NCBI GenBank assembly: GCA_030749415.1
Contig: JASMKC010000023.1
Coordinates: 2,833 to 66,832 of the forward strand
DNA from: Myxococcota bacterium
GTDB taxonomy: Bacteria; Myxococcota_A; UBA9160; SMWR01
Length of the DNA stretch: 64,000 bases
Direction of reading: 5' to 3'
Made by a program: the position numbers and the translations under genes. Under the pieces are notes generated by a model that was not told where the DNA came from, ran no database searches, and saw nothing but the letters and a program-made list of their open reading frames with translations. Positions 63,817-64,000 of the stretch are shown here, one piece after another. Each line of letters opens with the position of its first letter. The first letter of the stretch is position 1.

Positions 63817-64000
63817 CCATTCGAATGCGCGCGCCTCGGCAGGGGCTCGACCACGACACCGGAGTGACTCCAGCTATCGCAGACACCGACCGCAGCCGAT
63901 CTCTCTCTCGCTCGACCGGAGCTCACTGGTGCTCGACTCCAGAGACGGTTGCACACCCGCCGCCGAGCGGCCGGAATTTCCATCGGCTCCACAACCCAGG

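Noticed and set aside
1-64000. Search for transposase, integrase, phage, toxin-antitoxin or known defence-system genes, tRNA/rRNA genes and a cobalamin riboswitch near the corrinoid operons
   Set aside because: I could not recognise any by eye. The UvrD-type helicase at 2740-4980 has no nuclease or ATPase partner that would suggest a Gabija- or Hachiman-type defence pair. Absence by manual inspection is not proof; riboswitches and small RNAs in particular need covariance-model scans.

Overview
GC-rich chromosomal segment from a diderm (Gram-negative-type) bacterium. Evidence for the cell type: outer-membrane porins, a PqiABC envelope-spanning transporter, Tat and lipoprotein signals. Taxon not assignable by eye. 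About 50 protein genes are supportable. I found no rRNA, tRNA, CRISPR array, transposase or integrase.

Gene content is mostly accessory redox and catabolic functions: two cytochrome P450s, a Baeyer-Villiger monooxygenase, luciferase-like (LLM) and GMC oxidoreductases, an AidB-like acyl-CoA dehydrogenase, an Old-Yellow-Enzyme/FadH-like reductase, a CrtI-like FAD oxidoreductase, a membrane desaturase, a D-aminoacylase-type amidohydrolase and gabT. There are also two signalling modules, a UvrD-type helicase, and an operon of porin, large amino-acid decarboxylase, APA antiporter and lipoprotein.

Three things stand out.

(1) At 40.1-50.7 kb, two divergent corrinoid-dependent methyltransferase operons flank a P450. 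They contain an uninterrupted (non-pyrrolysine) homolog of archaeal monomethylamine methyltransferase MtmB, a thymidylate-synthase-fold protein without the catalytic Cys, two corrinoid proteins (one with an atypical B12-binding motif), a UroD-family methyltransferase, a MetH-activation-domain-like protein and a RACo-type reductive activase. No recognisable pterin-binding methyltransferase is present.

(2) An interspersed intergenic repeat family of about 90 nt has at least 7 copies. One copy carries a further ~175-nt 3' module, and that module also occurs alone once. Every copy I could find lies on the + strand, regardless of flanking gene orientation.

(3) Several decayed gene fragments and tandem repeats cluster next to those repeats.

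All family assignments come from motif recognition by eye and recollection of family signatures. None has been confirmed by a database search.
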